This document shows, piece after piece, positions 7,935 through 17,705 of a stretch of DNA of 64,000 bases. Source of the stretch: Acidobacteriota bacterium (GTDB lineage: Bacteria > Acidobacteriota > Blastocatellia > RBC074); contig JAFDVI010000012.1 of NCBI GenBank assembly GCA_018269055.1, positions 93,820 to 157,819 of the forward strand, given 5' to 3'. Numbering within the stretch: the stretch's first letter is position 1; every line of letters begins with the position of its first letter. Under the pieces are notes generated by a model. The model saw only the letters and a program-made list of their open reading frames with translations. It did no database searches and was not told the DNA's origin. A program made the translations under genes and the position numbers.

Positions 7935-10214
7935 ATGGCTGAAAAGCTTGCTGAATACTCTTCGACCTCGTTTCGCCCCTTTATCCCAGACAGAACCAAA
8001 CTACGAGAATTGACCTTACTGCCGCTGATTTTCGGCACGCTGCTGGGAATCGTATTCGGCGCGTCGTCGCTGTATCTGGTGCTGAAAACCGGTTTGACCG
8101 TCAGCGCCTCGATTCCAGTGGCTGTCATTTCAATCACGATCTTTCGGTTGCTGTCGAAATTCGGAATGCGGAACGCGACGATACTGGAAAACAACATTGT
8201 GCAAACCGCCGGATCGGCGGGCGAATCCATCGCCTTCGGCTTTGGCGCGACGATGCCCGCGATTATGATTCTGGGCTTCAACCTGGAAATCCTGAATGTG
8301 ATGCTGGTGGGAACGCTTGGCGGGTTGCTGGGCATTCTGATGATGATTCCACTGCGCCGCGCCCTGATCGTTCAGCAACACGGCGTGCTGAAATATCCCG
8401 AAGGAACGGCGTGCGCCGAAGTTCTGAAAGCCGGGGCGGACGACGAATCCCTGCGCGAAGCCGAAGCCGCAGGCACAGCCGAAATCAGCGAAACCAAGAT
8501 TGGCGCGAAAACCATTTTTACCGGTTTCGGCATCGGGCTGGCGTACAAATCACTGATGTCGGCGTTCAAGATGTGGAAAGAAGTTCCCGAACGCGTGTTC
8601 GGCGCTCCGTTCAAAGGCGGTTCGGTTTCGGCGGAAATTTCGCCGGAGTTATTGGGCGTCGGTTACATCATCGGGCCGTACATCGCCGGATTGATGGTTG
8701 GCGGAGGCGTGTTGGCCTATCTGGTTCTGATTCCCGCCATTAAATTTTTCGGCGATTCGCTCAGCGCACCGCTGCCGCCCGGAACGCAGCTAATCAGTGA
8801 AATGACGCCGGACGATGTTCGCAGCGCCTATGTCCTGTACATCGGAGCCGGGTCGGTCGCGGCGGCTGGCATTATCAGCGTCATTCGCTCGATGCCGGTT
8901 ATCTGGGGAAGCATCAAAAGCGGGTTGCACGATTTGCGCGGTTCGCAAACCGCAAGATCAAAAGATCAGCCGCGCACGGAACAGGACGTGCCCATCAAAT
9001 GGGTCATCATCGGCATCATCGTGATGATGGGATTGATCATGGCTTTTCGCAGCTTGCACATGAATTTTATCGGCGCGCTGTTGATCGTCATTTTTGGGTT
9101 TCTGTTCGTCACGGTTTCTTCGCGGCTGACCGGCGAAGTCGGCTCTTCTTCGAATCCAATTTCAGGGATGACGTATGCGACGTTGCTGTTGACCTGTTTA
9201 ATCTTTCTGGTCGTCGGTTGGACGGCTCCGGCGTATTACGTGACGGCGCTTTCGGTCGGCGCCATCGTTTGCATTGCAGCGTCAAACGGCGGCACGACTT
9301 CTCAGGATTTGAAAACGGGCTTTCTGGTGGGAGCCACGCCGAAGTATCAGCAGTTGGCAATTCTGTTTGGCTCTTTGGCGTCGGCGATTGTGCTGGGGCC
9401 GATTCTGCTGCGATTGAATGACAGCGGCACGGTGTATCTGAAACCGCAGACTCCGGCAGTAATGGAATTGCGCGTTGATCCGACGACGCTGCACGAACGC
9501 GAAATACTGAAAGGCCCACAATCGCGCGAGGACACCAATTCATACCTGGTCTGGCACCGTACGGATGAAAACGGTGACACCAAAAAATACCTGGTCAATG
9601 ATCAAGGCGTTCCAGTTTACCTGGTTGACCCGGGCATCAACGGCGCAGAAAAAACTCGCCCGGATGGATCATCCGTACCAAAGTTCGACGCGCCCAAAGC
9701 CGTGCTGGTGTCGTACATCATCAAAGGAATTTTGAACCAGAAACTTCCGTGGGCTTTGGTGCTGCTTGGCGCAATGATTACCATCACGCTGGAATGCGCC
9801 GCCGTGCCTTCGCTAGCCTTTGCTGTCGGGGTGTACCTGCCGCTTTCGACTTCAATGCCGATTTTCATCGGAGGCATGATTCGCTGGTTGGTGGATTTGT
9901 GGCTGCGGAAACGCCACGCCGACCGCAATTTGACCGAAGAACAATTTATCGCCGAAACAGATAAAAGCCCCGGCGTGTTGATGGCTTCGGGGTACATCGC
10001 CGGTGGAGCGATTGCCGGAATCATCATCGCGTTTCTGGCCGGTGTAATGACCGACACCAATGTCAAAATCGAGCATTGGGCAAATACCAGCAATCCCTTT
10101 TTCAATGGTCCGAATTCAAACCTTCTCTCGCTGCTGCCCTTTCTGGTTTTGATCGTGCTGCTTTATCTGACCGGCCGGGAAAAGATCATGGCCGGCAAAT
10201 CAAAGGCTGAGTAA
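7935..10214 (+). CDS. OPT-family oligopeptide transporter
   Basis: MAEKLAEYSSTSFRPFIPDRTKLRELTLLPLIFGTLLGIVFGASSLYLVLKTGLTVSASIPVAVISITIF is characteristic of OPT/YGL114w bacterial oligopeptide transporters; AAGGAGA RBS 6 nt upstream of ATG 7935 (ORF-track start 7929 sits too close to the RBS). Confidence 0.85.
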   Translation: MAEKLAEYSSTSFRPFIPDRTKLRELTLLPLIFGTLLGIVFGASSLYLVLKTGLTVSASIPVAVISITIFRLLSKFGMRNATILENNIVQTAGSAGESIAFGFGATMPAIMILGFNLEILNVMLVGTLGGLLGILMMIPLRRALIVQQHGVLKYPEGTACAEVLKAGADDESLREAEAAGTAEISETKIGAKTIFTGFGIGLAYKSLMSAFKMWKEVPERVFGAPFKGGSVSAEISPELLGVGYIIGPYIAGLMVGGGVLAYLVLIPAIKFFGDSLSAPLPPGTQLISEMTPDDVRSAYVLYIGAGSVAAAGIISVIRSMPVIWGSIKSGLHDLRGSQTARSKDQPRTEQDVPIKWVIIGIIVMMGLIMAFRSLHMNFIGALLIVIFGFLFVTVSSRLTGEVGSSSNPISGMTYATLLLTCLIFLVVGWTAPAYYVTALSVGAIVCIAASNGGTTSQDLKTGFLVGATPKYQQLAILFGSLASAIVLGPILLRLNDSGTVYLKPQTPAVMELRVDPTTLHEREILKGPQSREDTNSYLVWHRTDENGDTKKYLVNDQGVPVYLVDPGINGAEKTRPDGSSVPKFDAPKAVLVSYIIKGILNQKLPWALVLLGAMITITLECAAVPSLAFAVGVYLPLSTSMPIFIGGMIRWLVDLWLRKRHADRNLTEEQFIAETDKSPGVLMASGYIAGGAIAGIIIAFLAGVMTDTNVKIEHWANTSNPFFNGPNSNLLSLLPFLVLIVLLYLTGREKIMAGKSKAE

Positions 10215-10320
10215 CGCAGCAGGCCCAATACCGCGACTGTGAAGTTGCCCCACGATTGCAAGCGACTTGAAACGTTCTTTGAGGCATTGGAACCAAAGAA
10301 TATAATGATCGCAGCCAATC

Positions 10321-12831
10321 TTGAGCTTTACCGACAACAGCAACGTCAACCACTCTCTTCGACCGGAAAGGACGCCTATGATTGATCAACTTGATTCCAA
10401 TGCAGCCAGTCCGGCAAGCCTAGAACCGACACGGGGTGGGCACAGCGATCTGCCCGAAATGCTTCGGACAATTGTCGAAACCGTTGGAGCTTACGGCTGC
10501 ATCCTCTGGCAAGTCGAGCGCCGCTTATCCATTCCCGAAACTTCGTCGGATTTAAAGCTCTTTGCGCTTTCCGAATGGTTTCCCAGAGAACAAATGGCTG
10601 AATTACATGACCTGCCGCTTCACAAATCTGCGACAGGCTTGGTAACCCTGACGCAACAAACTATCAACATTGAAGACATCTGGGCTGATGGTCGCACCTA
10701 TAAAGACGACCCGTTCTTATCGAAGTCTGGCATCAAAGCAATGTGCTCGGTCCCAATCAGTTATCACGATGGGGGCAAAGGAGCGCTCAATCTTTATCGC
10801 AACGAAACAGTACCATTTACAGCCAAAGAAGTGATCCAAATTGAACGAATGGCTCCATTGGTTGCCAGACTGTATCAAGCAACTCGTGATAAAGTCGGCA
10901 TCAATCTAATTACTGGCATTAATGAGTTAATAGAAAAGGCTCGTTTATACAACCCAACCTTCCCTTTGACTCTGGAACGAATAAAAAATTTGCTGAAGGA
11001 AATTTCTGAGTTGGTTTCCAGTTTGTTCCGCTGCTTCGAAACCTCGATCTTTTTAGAAGATTACTATCGCAGTCCTGAAGTATACGAACTAATGGCAACA
11101 ACATGGCCAAAGCTCTTTCCACAAACCGTTTCGCGAAAAGGCGTTGGGCTGACTGGCTGGGTCTTGCAAAATATTGAGCCAGTTAAAATATTTGATTTGA
11201 TGAGCTTTGATAAGGACAAAACCCTTATTGAACGCGAATACCCGGGTATTACTTGGGGGGATGACCTAAATATTCGAGATAATGTTTTTGTGAAACTCAG
11301 ACAAGAGTATGGCGATTTCCCTCCACCGATCAGCTATATGGCTGTCCCCATCATGAATGGCGAAAGTGTTTGTGGTGTTATGAGGTGCAGTTTTGCTGAA
11401 AAAATTCCCGATCATTTTGCGGATCGAGAATTAAGATTGTTGAAGTTAATCGGTGCGCAAATCGGGCAGTGCTGGGATCATTGGCTGACAGAACGAGGCC
11501 GACAGGAAGAAAGGGATGCTTGGAGAAAATTCGTTGCGCGGCTTAGAGAGCTAAATGACATTGTGAATAAGCAGTTGGAACATGCCGAATCTAAGCTTGA
11601 AATTACCCCCATTTTTGAGAAGGCCTTACAAATCGCTGCTGAAGTTGTTGAGGGTGCCGAAATCCTGGATGTTCGGTTGTTAAAACAAGAGGAGCACTCT
11701 GGTTACTTTTATTTTGAAACTACTTATGGGAAGGCGTGGCATAGAGGCGGTGAGAGTGAGAGACAAAAGCGTCTTAAAACGCGGTTTCACTTGAACAACA
11801 GTTTGCCGCAATCAGCGGGCGAACATGTTTATAAAACTCGCCAAACTTATGTGATCCCAGACGTCCGCGCGAAGCAGGCTATTTACCAAGAAGTTTTTCC
11901 AGATGTCCAGCGCATGATTGTGGCCCCGATTTTCCGCAAAAATGAGGTCACCGGTCTTTTTGATATTCGTGGTACCGGCAATCGAGTTTTCCCAGAGTAT
12001 GCCAAGCACATGGCTGAGGTGCTTGGGCAGTTGATAGGCCTGTCTTACGATTTAATATGCGAAATTCGCGACAAGAAATCTCTCGAAGCACAACGGACTG
12101 ATATTGCGAAAACTTTGGCGCACCAATTCAATACACCAATTACTCAAGCTCATGCTCGCGTGAATCAACTAGTTCACAGATTTAAGGAACAAGAAGCGTT
12201 ATTGAAAGGCTTATGGCCGATCCGTGGATTATGCGGCAAAGCGAAGCGAGTCAGTCAAAATATCAGGCTCTTCGCTCAACTTGCTGAAGGTAAAACTGGC
12301 GGTGAGATTGATCTTAAAACAGATTGGATGAAAGCTGACTCTCTGATTCGCCTTCTCAAAGAAGCAAGCTGGGATACCCAGCTATTAGTCGCACCGCGCC
12401 GGAATATTCGGTTTCAAGTTGATGAAGATAGTTTTGATGAAGTTTCGCATGACAAGCATCGAATGCGAGAATTGCTTGTAGACAAAAGCTTACTTGAACA
12501 GGCTATTTTTAACTTGTTAGACAATGCGGCAAAATATAGCCTTCCCGATTCAACTATTAAAATTTACGCTGGTTGGACAGGCGGTGGGCGATTTCACATC
12601 TCTGTTCAGAACAAAGGAATTAAGCTTGAATCAAGCCAGATCAACATTTGTAAAGAATATGGCTGGCAAAGTGAACAAGCAAAAGAAAAAGATAGTAGTG
12701 GCGCTGGAATTGGCCTCTGGTTAATCCATAACATTATGGTGGCTCACGGTGGCGAGTTGATTCCAATCCCAACATCATCAGAGCAAATCACCAAATTTCA
12801 GCTTGTATTTCCGGAAAAAAATGTGAGGTGA
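10321..12831 (+). CDS. Cytoplasmic multi-GAF sensor histidine kinase
   Basis: No TM segments; three GAF-like segments; H-box LAHQFNTPITQAHARV; N/G boxes NLLDNAAKYS and GAGIGLWLIHNIMVAHGGEL; alternative start ATG 10378 (MIDQLDS) has a better RBS; low GC (~42-45%). Confidence 0.85.
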   Translation: MSFTDNSNVNHSLRPERTPMIDQLDSNAASPASLEPTRGGHSDLPEMLRTIVETVGAYGCILWQVERRLSIPETSSDLKLFALSEWFPREQMAELHDLPLHKSATGLVTLTQQTINIEDIWADGRTYKDDPFLSKSGIKAMCSVPISYHDGGKGALNLYRNETVPFTAKEVIQIERMAPLVARLYQATRDKVGINLITGINELIEKARLYNPTFPLTLERIKNLLKEISELVSSLFRCFETSIFLEDYYRSPEVYELMATTWPKLFPQTVSRKGVGLTGWVLQNIEPVKIFDLMSFDKDKTLIEREYPGITWGDDLNIRDNVFVKLRQEYGDFPPPISYMAVPIMNGESVCGVMRCSFAEKIPDHFADRELRLLKLIGAQIGQCWDHWLTERGRQEERDAWRKFVARLRELNDIVNKQLEHAESKLEITPIFEKALQIAAEVVEGAEILDVRLLKQEEHSGYFYFETTYGKAWHRGGESERQKRLKTRFHLNNSLPQSAGEHVYKTRQTYVIPDVRAKQAIYQEVFPDVQRMIVAPIFRKNEVTGLFDIRGTGNRVFPEYAKHMAEVLGQLIGLSYDLICEIRDKKSLEAQRTDIAKTLAHQFNTPITQAHARVNQLVHRFKEQEALLKGLWPIRGLCGKAKRVSQNIRLFAQLAEGKTGGEIDLKTDWMKADSLIRLLKEASWDTQLLVAPRRNIRFQVDEDSFDEVSHDKHRMRELLVDKSLLEQAIFNLLDNAAKYSLPDSTIKIYAGWTGGGRFHISVQNKGIKLESSQINICKEYGWQSEQAKEKDSSGAGIGLWLIHNIMVAHGGELIPIPTSSEQITKFQLVFPEKNVR

Positions 12832-12838
12832 AATTACT

Positions 12839-13279
12839 ATGCGGATTATTTTGATTGAAGATGATTACATGCAGGAAGATTGGATAGGCACTGAGTTGGA
12901 GTCTCGGTTCGTAAAGAAACCGGAAAAAATCTTCAGCGAATTTGGCTTCAGAGAACAACTTAATCAAATAATTGCCTCGCCACCTGACATATTTGTGGTT
13001 GATATTATGCTGCCGTGGACAGAAGTTGGTGAAAGCGATGAAGAGCGCCCAGATGAAGTGAAGGAAGGTGGAAAATTTCGTGCCGGCTTCAGATGTATAG
13101 AGTTGCTTGCAAGGTACGAGAAAACAAGAAATATCCCTATCATTCTTTACAGTGCAATGGCAAAAGACGATTTGAAGGATGAATTACGGCGAATGCCTTC
13201 TCATGTCAGATTCATTCCAAAGGATTCTGATATTCAACCACTCATTGACGCAATACGGGAAGCAGCGGCTCAAGGTTAA
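12839..13279 (+). CDS. Stand-alone response-regulator receiver domain protein
   Basis: MRIILIEDD...DIFVVDIMLPW CheY-like receiver with acidic pocket and phospho-acceptor Asp, plus an acidic insertion; RBS GAGGTGA; no output domain. Confidence 0.75.
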   Translation: MRIILIEDDYMQEDWIGTELESRFVKKPEKIFSEFGFREQLNQIIASPPDIFVVDIMLPWTEVGESDEERPDEVKEGGKFRAGFRCIELLARYEKTRNIPIILYSAMAKDDLKDELRRMPSHVRFIPKDSDIQPLIDAIREAAAQG

Positions 13280-16200
13280 TCATGTGATGCCAATAGCTTG
13301 TTCAGATAATCCTGCCGACTTTGCTTGAAGTGCGTTACATACTCCGGCCAACTTAGTTTGAGGTGCTCTTCAATTTCACGCATTGATTCGTAAACACGAA
13401 AATTGAAGGACCGGTCGGTGGTGATAACTTGTTTACGTAAGTTTTTCGCTAATGCGCTCGAAAACATCTCAAGTAATGTGGCGATTTCATCAGAAACCTC
13501 TTCTTCGACCATTTCGCTTTCGGCCTCTTGCTTAATTGCGAAATGCGGCAACCACTTGAGCAACTCGTTCCAAACTAATATACGCTGCGTTTGCTCATTC
13601 AGCTTTTCTAGCGGAATGTAGAATCTCGGCAAACACTCCACAGCCCACGGAGGCCATAGTCTTGATTGCCCTGCCAGATCTTCTGCCCAAGTTGCGCGAC
13701 GAGGATTGGAATCAATAACTTCCAGTAGCCGAGATCTGAAGGCTAATCGGCGATTCGCTATATTCTCCAATTGTCCAGCTATTTCGGCTAGGGATCTTCC
13801 TATTTCCTCCAGTGGATCTACAGTTTCCAGTAAGGGGTTCACACCGTTCACGACTGGCAAACTCATTTCACTTTGTAACTGAGGAGGCTGCTTCCAACAA
13901 TAAACAATCAGCCCCAAATCCATCGCTTTTTGTTGAAGTGGGTCGTGAAAAGGTCCAAGCTCATCAATGACAATCACTTGAGAACGCGCTTTGTATTTGG
14001 CAATTTGGTCAACTTCTTCTTTCGCTAATGCCGGGAAGAAGAGTAGGTCTGTAATCAAATTCTTGTGTATACGGAGATCAATCTCTTTACTCTCATCAAT
14101 CTCAATTGAATGACCTCTATTCCGAATCTTTTCTTCTGCTCCAACTCTAAGTGAGTTATCGGGCGAGAAATCAGGTAATACCAGCCAAACCACGTCATCA
14201 CGAATCAGGAGGGGCATGACTTTTGATAGGAATTCAAATGTCACATTGCTCTTCCAGTTGTGTGCAAGCATACTAATTGGCAGGCCACCGACTTGTGCTC
14301 TTAACTTATCCAGCAGATTGGCTAGTTCATTGGAGGATATTTTCTGGCACCCTGATTGTGTTTGCAGAGCGTGTCTGTGCGTGCCCCGAGTCAGCACCGG
14401 CTCCTTGGGACGATCGTCACCTTCGCTTTCGTCAATCACTGTTATCGAGCCGAACGCGCGTGAAGGCAGAATCAAGCCCGAATCTTCATTACAGGATCGC
14501 CTTCGAACTGAAGGCGAAGTCAGAGTACCTAGACGAGAGTTTCCGACCAGCTTAAATGGAGATTGAGCGCTCTCTAACGGAAAATCTTTCCATTCCGGCT
14601 TCGCAATGCGAATCGCCCACCAGATGCGATCCAGCGCGCGAACAATGCTTTGGCCCTGTGACAAGGTCAGCGTGCTATGAACTGCCGTTGTCGTCCCATT
14701 TAGTAAATCAAGGAGCAGTTCCCGATACCTTTGGCGGCGTAGCTTGCGAGGTCGAAACCTGTTTGAGTTGGCCGGATCGTTGACAATTTTCAGCTTACGT
14801 TCCTGATAAGGGTCTTGTACATCTTTCGCAACAAGCTCTGGGGCTAGCGACGCATTGCCTTGTAAAAAGAAGATTGAATCATATGGATAACCCCTAACAC
14901 CATTCTCTGGCTTACTCTTGAGGTCAATTCGAATGACGTGGCGGTTGATGCCAGTCAGTTCCATATACTTGGCTTCGCTGCCGAATCCTTTGCCGACGAC
15001 CGCCAGACAGGGAATATGCAACCCGCTGTGAGAGCGATCCTGAAAGGTGAAACGAACGCGAGAGTAAGTTTCGCTCTCATAAGTGTGACTAATGTCTTCA
15101 ACCGAACTGACTTTGGGATAGTCCTTTGAAGTGGCAATTAGCGGTTGATAGCGCCCAGTTTCAACCACCGTAATATCGTCAATCGTCGTGACATCTCCAA
15201 AATAGGTCAGTAATGCAAGCATATGCGGCAGCAAATCGAGCGTCAGCCCATACTGTAAAGCCTTGTCACGTCCAATTTCGATTGGCCGATCTTCAGTCAG
15301 ATAAAACTCAATTCTGGCAATCGCGCCGCCAAGATGCCGGCGAATTTCCGGCAGCAGTTCTTTGATCTCCAGTGCATAAAATTGGTAGTGATCCAATCCA
15401 AGAACCTCTGTACGGGTTTTGGGTTTGAAGGCGCGCCGCAGATCATCCACATTTCCAACTTGGCTGTCGAAGGGCTTTTCAACAAATACCAATGGCACTT
15501 TATTCAGCCATTGGCGCGCCAACAATGAATGAGTGAAATCAGGTGTCACGACGAACACTACATCGGGGCGGAGTTTTTGGTACTTGGCATAATCTTCAGG
15601 CGACGCCTTGTCAAGATAGACTTCCCACTCGTTGAGCCCCGCTGCCCAGCTTTGCACTTTCTGCCGTTGCTCTTCCGTTCGGTACCAACGTGAATCATCC
15701 GTATAAAACACAGAAAGTCGGTGCTGCCGTTTTTCAGTTTTCATGATCTCTTCAAAACGACGGCGATAAGTGTTAATCACCCAATCACCTACACCTTCTA
15801 CGACAATCATCAGCGGACGACGAAGTGGTTGCCGCTTGCCAGCCTTCTTGTTTCGATCAGGCATCCTAAACTCATCTTCTACGGAACCCAACAAGAGCAA
15901 CTTAAGCGGATCAGGTTCGATGACAGTTGCTTCGGGAATAAAGTATCGGTAGACGTCTGTTCCTTTTTTCGCAGAATTGGCCAGTGGAAGAGAAAAGTGA
16001 AGGCGAGCACCACGGACATCTTCCAGCTTACCGGAGGTCTCTGGCTTCAATGGCTCCAGTACCGCTTCAGGGGACGCCGGTTTGACGCAAATGCCCAGCC
16101 TGGCAAAGCGTGAAACCAAAGCCGGATTTTGTGTCAACTGCTCATACAGCATCCGCCCCATATCTAGTCGAGCGCCGCGATTGACGCGAATAGTACGCGC

Positions 16201-16959
16201 TTCGTCATTCAGTGGCGAATCTTTCAACGTTATCCCTGCACGATGGTAGGGGTTGTTGACGTAAGACCGGTTCAGCTTGAAGACTACCTCTTGTGAACTG
16301 TAATAACTGAGTAGAATCGGCCCGTGATCACAGATCAGAGTCTGGTCATTAAGGGGTTGCGATTGCGGTGTATGATGAAAACTCAGTGCAATCAGTGGGC
16401 TGTCATCACTGCTCAGATTGTACAAGGTTGCGTGACATCCGGTCGGCACAGCGATTTTGTCACCTTCTTGGGCAACCCACATCTCAACCTCACTGTTTTC
16501 CCGCGAAAGCAACAGCAGGCCATAGCCTTGAAATTCAAATACCTCGGCAACTCGGTACCCTTCTTCTCGATCGTAAGGGTAGTAATGGCCCATTGTGCAG
16601 CCGAAGCTGTAAACCTCCGATCTTTCCAGAATCACGGCTACATTGCGTGCAACCCAAATATCCGGCAATTGTGGGTCAGCAGGAAAGTCCACACGGCCAT
16701 GAATAGCGTGCACACAGACCTCATGGTGACGATTGAAACCAAATTCACGGTCAAATTGCTCCCAGTCACCACGAAGAAACCTGGCCAGAGAGTTCTCAAA
16801 CGATTGTGATTCAATTTCGTAATTTCGGTTATTAGGAAAGCGTTCTGTTGTTTCAATGCGAATCAACGCAGGACAATTTCTGGCGATCAGGACACGCTGC
16901 TCTGGGTCAGAATGAAGGTGTTGCCGCGGATGATATGTGATTCCATCAGGCAGGTTCAT
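13276..16959 (-). CDS. Large (1227 aa) multidomain protein: cupin-like N-terminus, Gfo/Idh/MocA-like NAD(P)-binding oxidoreductase core, ~500-aa C-terminal region of unknown function
   Basis: Rossmann/GFO_IDH_MocA signature VVFVVTPDFTHSLLARQWLNKVPLVFVEKPF; cupin-like His-rich segment (HHEVCVHAIHG...GHYYPYDREEGYRVAEVFEF); strong RBS AAAGGAGATC before ATG 16959 (ORF-track start 16995 is probably too long); low GC. Confidence 0.8.
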   Translation of the reverse strand: MNLPDGITYHPRQHLHSDPEQRVLIARNCPALIRIETTERFPNNRNYEIESQSFENSLARFLRGDWEQFDREFGFNRHHEVCVHAIHGRVDFPADPQLPDIWVARNVAVILERSEVYSFGCTMGHYYPYDREEGYRVAEVFEFQGYGLLLLSRENSEVEMWVAQEGDKIAVPTGCHATLYNLSSDDSPLIALSFHHTPQSQPLNDQTLICDHGPILLSYYSSQEVVFKLNRSYVNNPYHRAGITLKDSPLNDEARTIRVNRGARLDMGRMLYEQLTQNPALVSRFARLGICVKPASPEAVLEPLKPETSGKLEDVRGARLHFSLPLANSAKKGTDVYRYFIPEATVIEPDPLKLLLLGSVEDEFRMPDRNKKAGKRQPLRRPLMIVVEGVGDWVINTYRRRFEEIMKTEKRQHRLSVFYTDDSRWYRTEEQRQKVQSWAAGLNEWEVYLDKASPEDYAKYQKLRPDVVFVVTPDFTHSLLARQWLNKVPLVFVEKPFDSQVGNVDDLRRAFKPKTRTEVLGLDHYQFYALEIKELLPEIRRHLGGAIARIEFYLTEDRPIEIGRDKALQYGLTLDLLPHMLALLTYFGDVTTIDDITVVETGRYQPLIATSKDYPKVSSVEDISHTYESETYSRVRFTFQDRSHSGLHIPCLAVVGKGFGSEAKYMELTGINRHVIRIDLKSKPENGVRGYPYDSIFFLQGNASLAPELVAKDVQDPYQERKLKIVNDPANSNRFRPRKLRRQRYRELLLDLLNGTTTAVHSTLTLSQGQSIVRALDRIWWAIRIAKPEWKDFPLESAQSPFKLVGNSRLGTLTSPSVRRRSCNEDSGLILPSRAFGSITVIDESEGDDRPKEPVLTRGTHRHALQTQSGCQKISSNELANLLDKLRAQVGGLPISMLAHNWKSNVTFEFLSKVMPLLIRDDVVWLVLPDFSPDNSLRVGAEEKIRNRGHSIEIDESKEIDLRIHKNLITDLLFFPALAKEEVDQIAKYKARSQVIVIDELGPFHDPLQQKAMDLGLIVYCWKQPPQLQSEMSLPVVNGVNPLLETVDPLEEIGRSLAEIAGQLENIANRRLAFRSRLLEVIDSNPRRATWAEDLAGQSRLWPPWAVECLPRFYIPLEKLNEQTQRILVWNELLKWLPHFAIKQEAESEMVEEEVSDEIATLLEMFSSALAKNLRKQVITTDRSFNFRVYESMREIEEHLKLSWPEYVTHFKQSRQDYLNKLLASHD

Positions 16960-17012
16960 GTTTGATCTCCTTTTTGCTGCGAGTGGCAAAATCATCGTTT
17001 CTGGTCAGTGAC

Positions 17013-17580
17013 TCAACCGAACGAAGATTTCGGACAATCCAAACTGGTTTGATTGCCTGCGAATAGGACTGCTGAGCAGGCTGGCGGGCTGAATACTACG
17101 ACAAAGTTGTGAGAACTTCTATTCGACTTTGGGATTCTATAGGTTCCTTGAATGTATTCACTACAGAAGCGCCCGCTTCCGTCAGAGCCATCCTGATCTC
17201 GGATGTAACGCTTGATTTGCTCTTCGTTGAAGCCAACGGTTGAGAACGCGTAACCTTGTGCCCAGAAATGTTTTCCTGTGAAGTTGCGTTCTTTCCCTTG
17301 CAATCGGGCAATCGCAATTACACTTTTGCCTTTGATAAACCCAATCACTGATGCCGCTGCGTGTGTGGGAGGAATCGCAATGCACATTTGGACGTGGTCG
17401 GGCATCGTGTGGCCTTCGATGATCTGGCAATCCTTCTGACGCGCCAGTTCGTGAAAGATCGCTGCGGAGTTGTTTTCGGATGTCCCCAAACAATTCCTTG
17501 CGTCGTCGTTTGGGCACAAACACGACGTGATCTTTGCAATCCCATTTTGAGTGGGACAAACCTTGGTAGTTTTCGTTCAT
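17013..17580 (-). pseudogene. tnpA: IS200/IS605-family tnpA (Y1 transposase), frameshifted
   Basis: N-terminal MNENYQGLSHSKWDCKDHVVFVPKRRRKELFGDIRKQL in one frame (from 17580), then HELARQKDCQIIEGHTMPDHVQMCIAIPPTHAAASVIGFIKGKSVIAIARLQGKERNFTGKHFWAQGYAFSTVGFNEEQIKRYIRDQ in another frame (to 17013); frame switch around 17440-17470. Confidence 0.8.
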
Positions 17581-17705
17581 AAAGTTCTCCCTTTGTTATG
17601 GCCCACCAAGCTACCGAGGGGAGAACCTACTCCCGGAACGCTCAAAGCTTTTCAAGTCTCACCGGTTGAACCAGTGGCTTTCCTGTTGACGCCTACAGTT
17701 ACATC

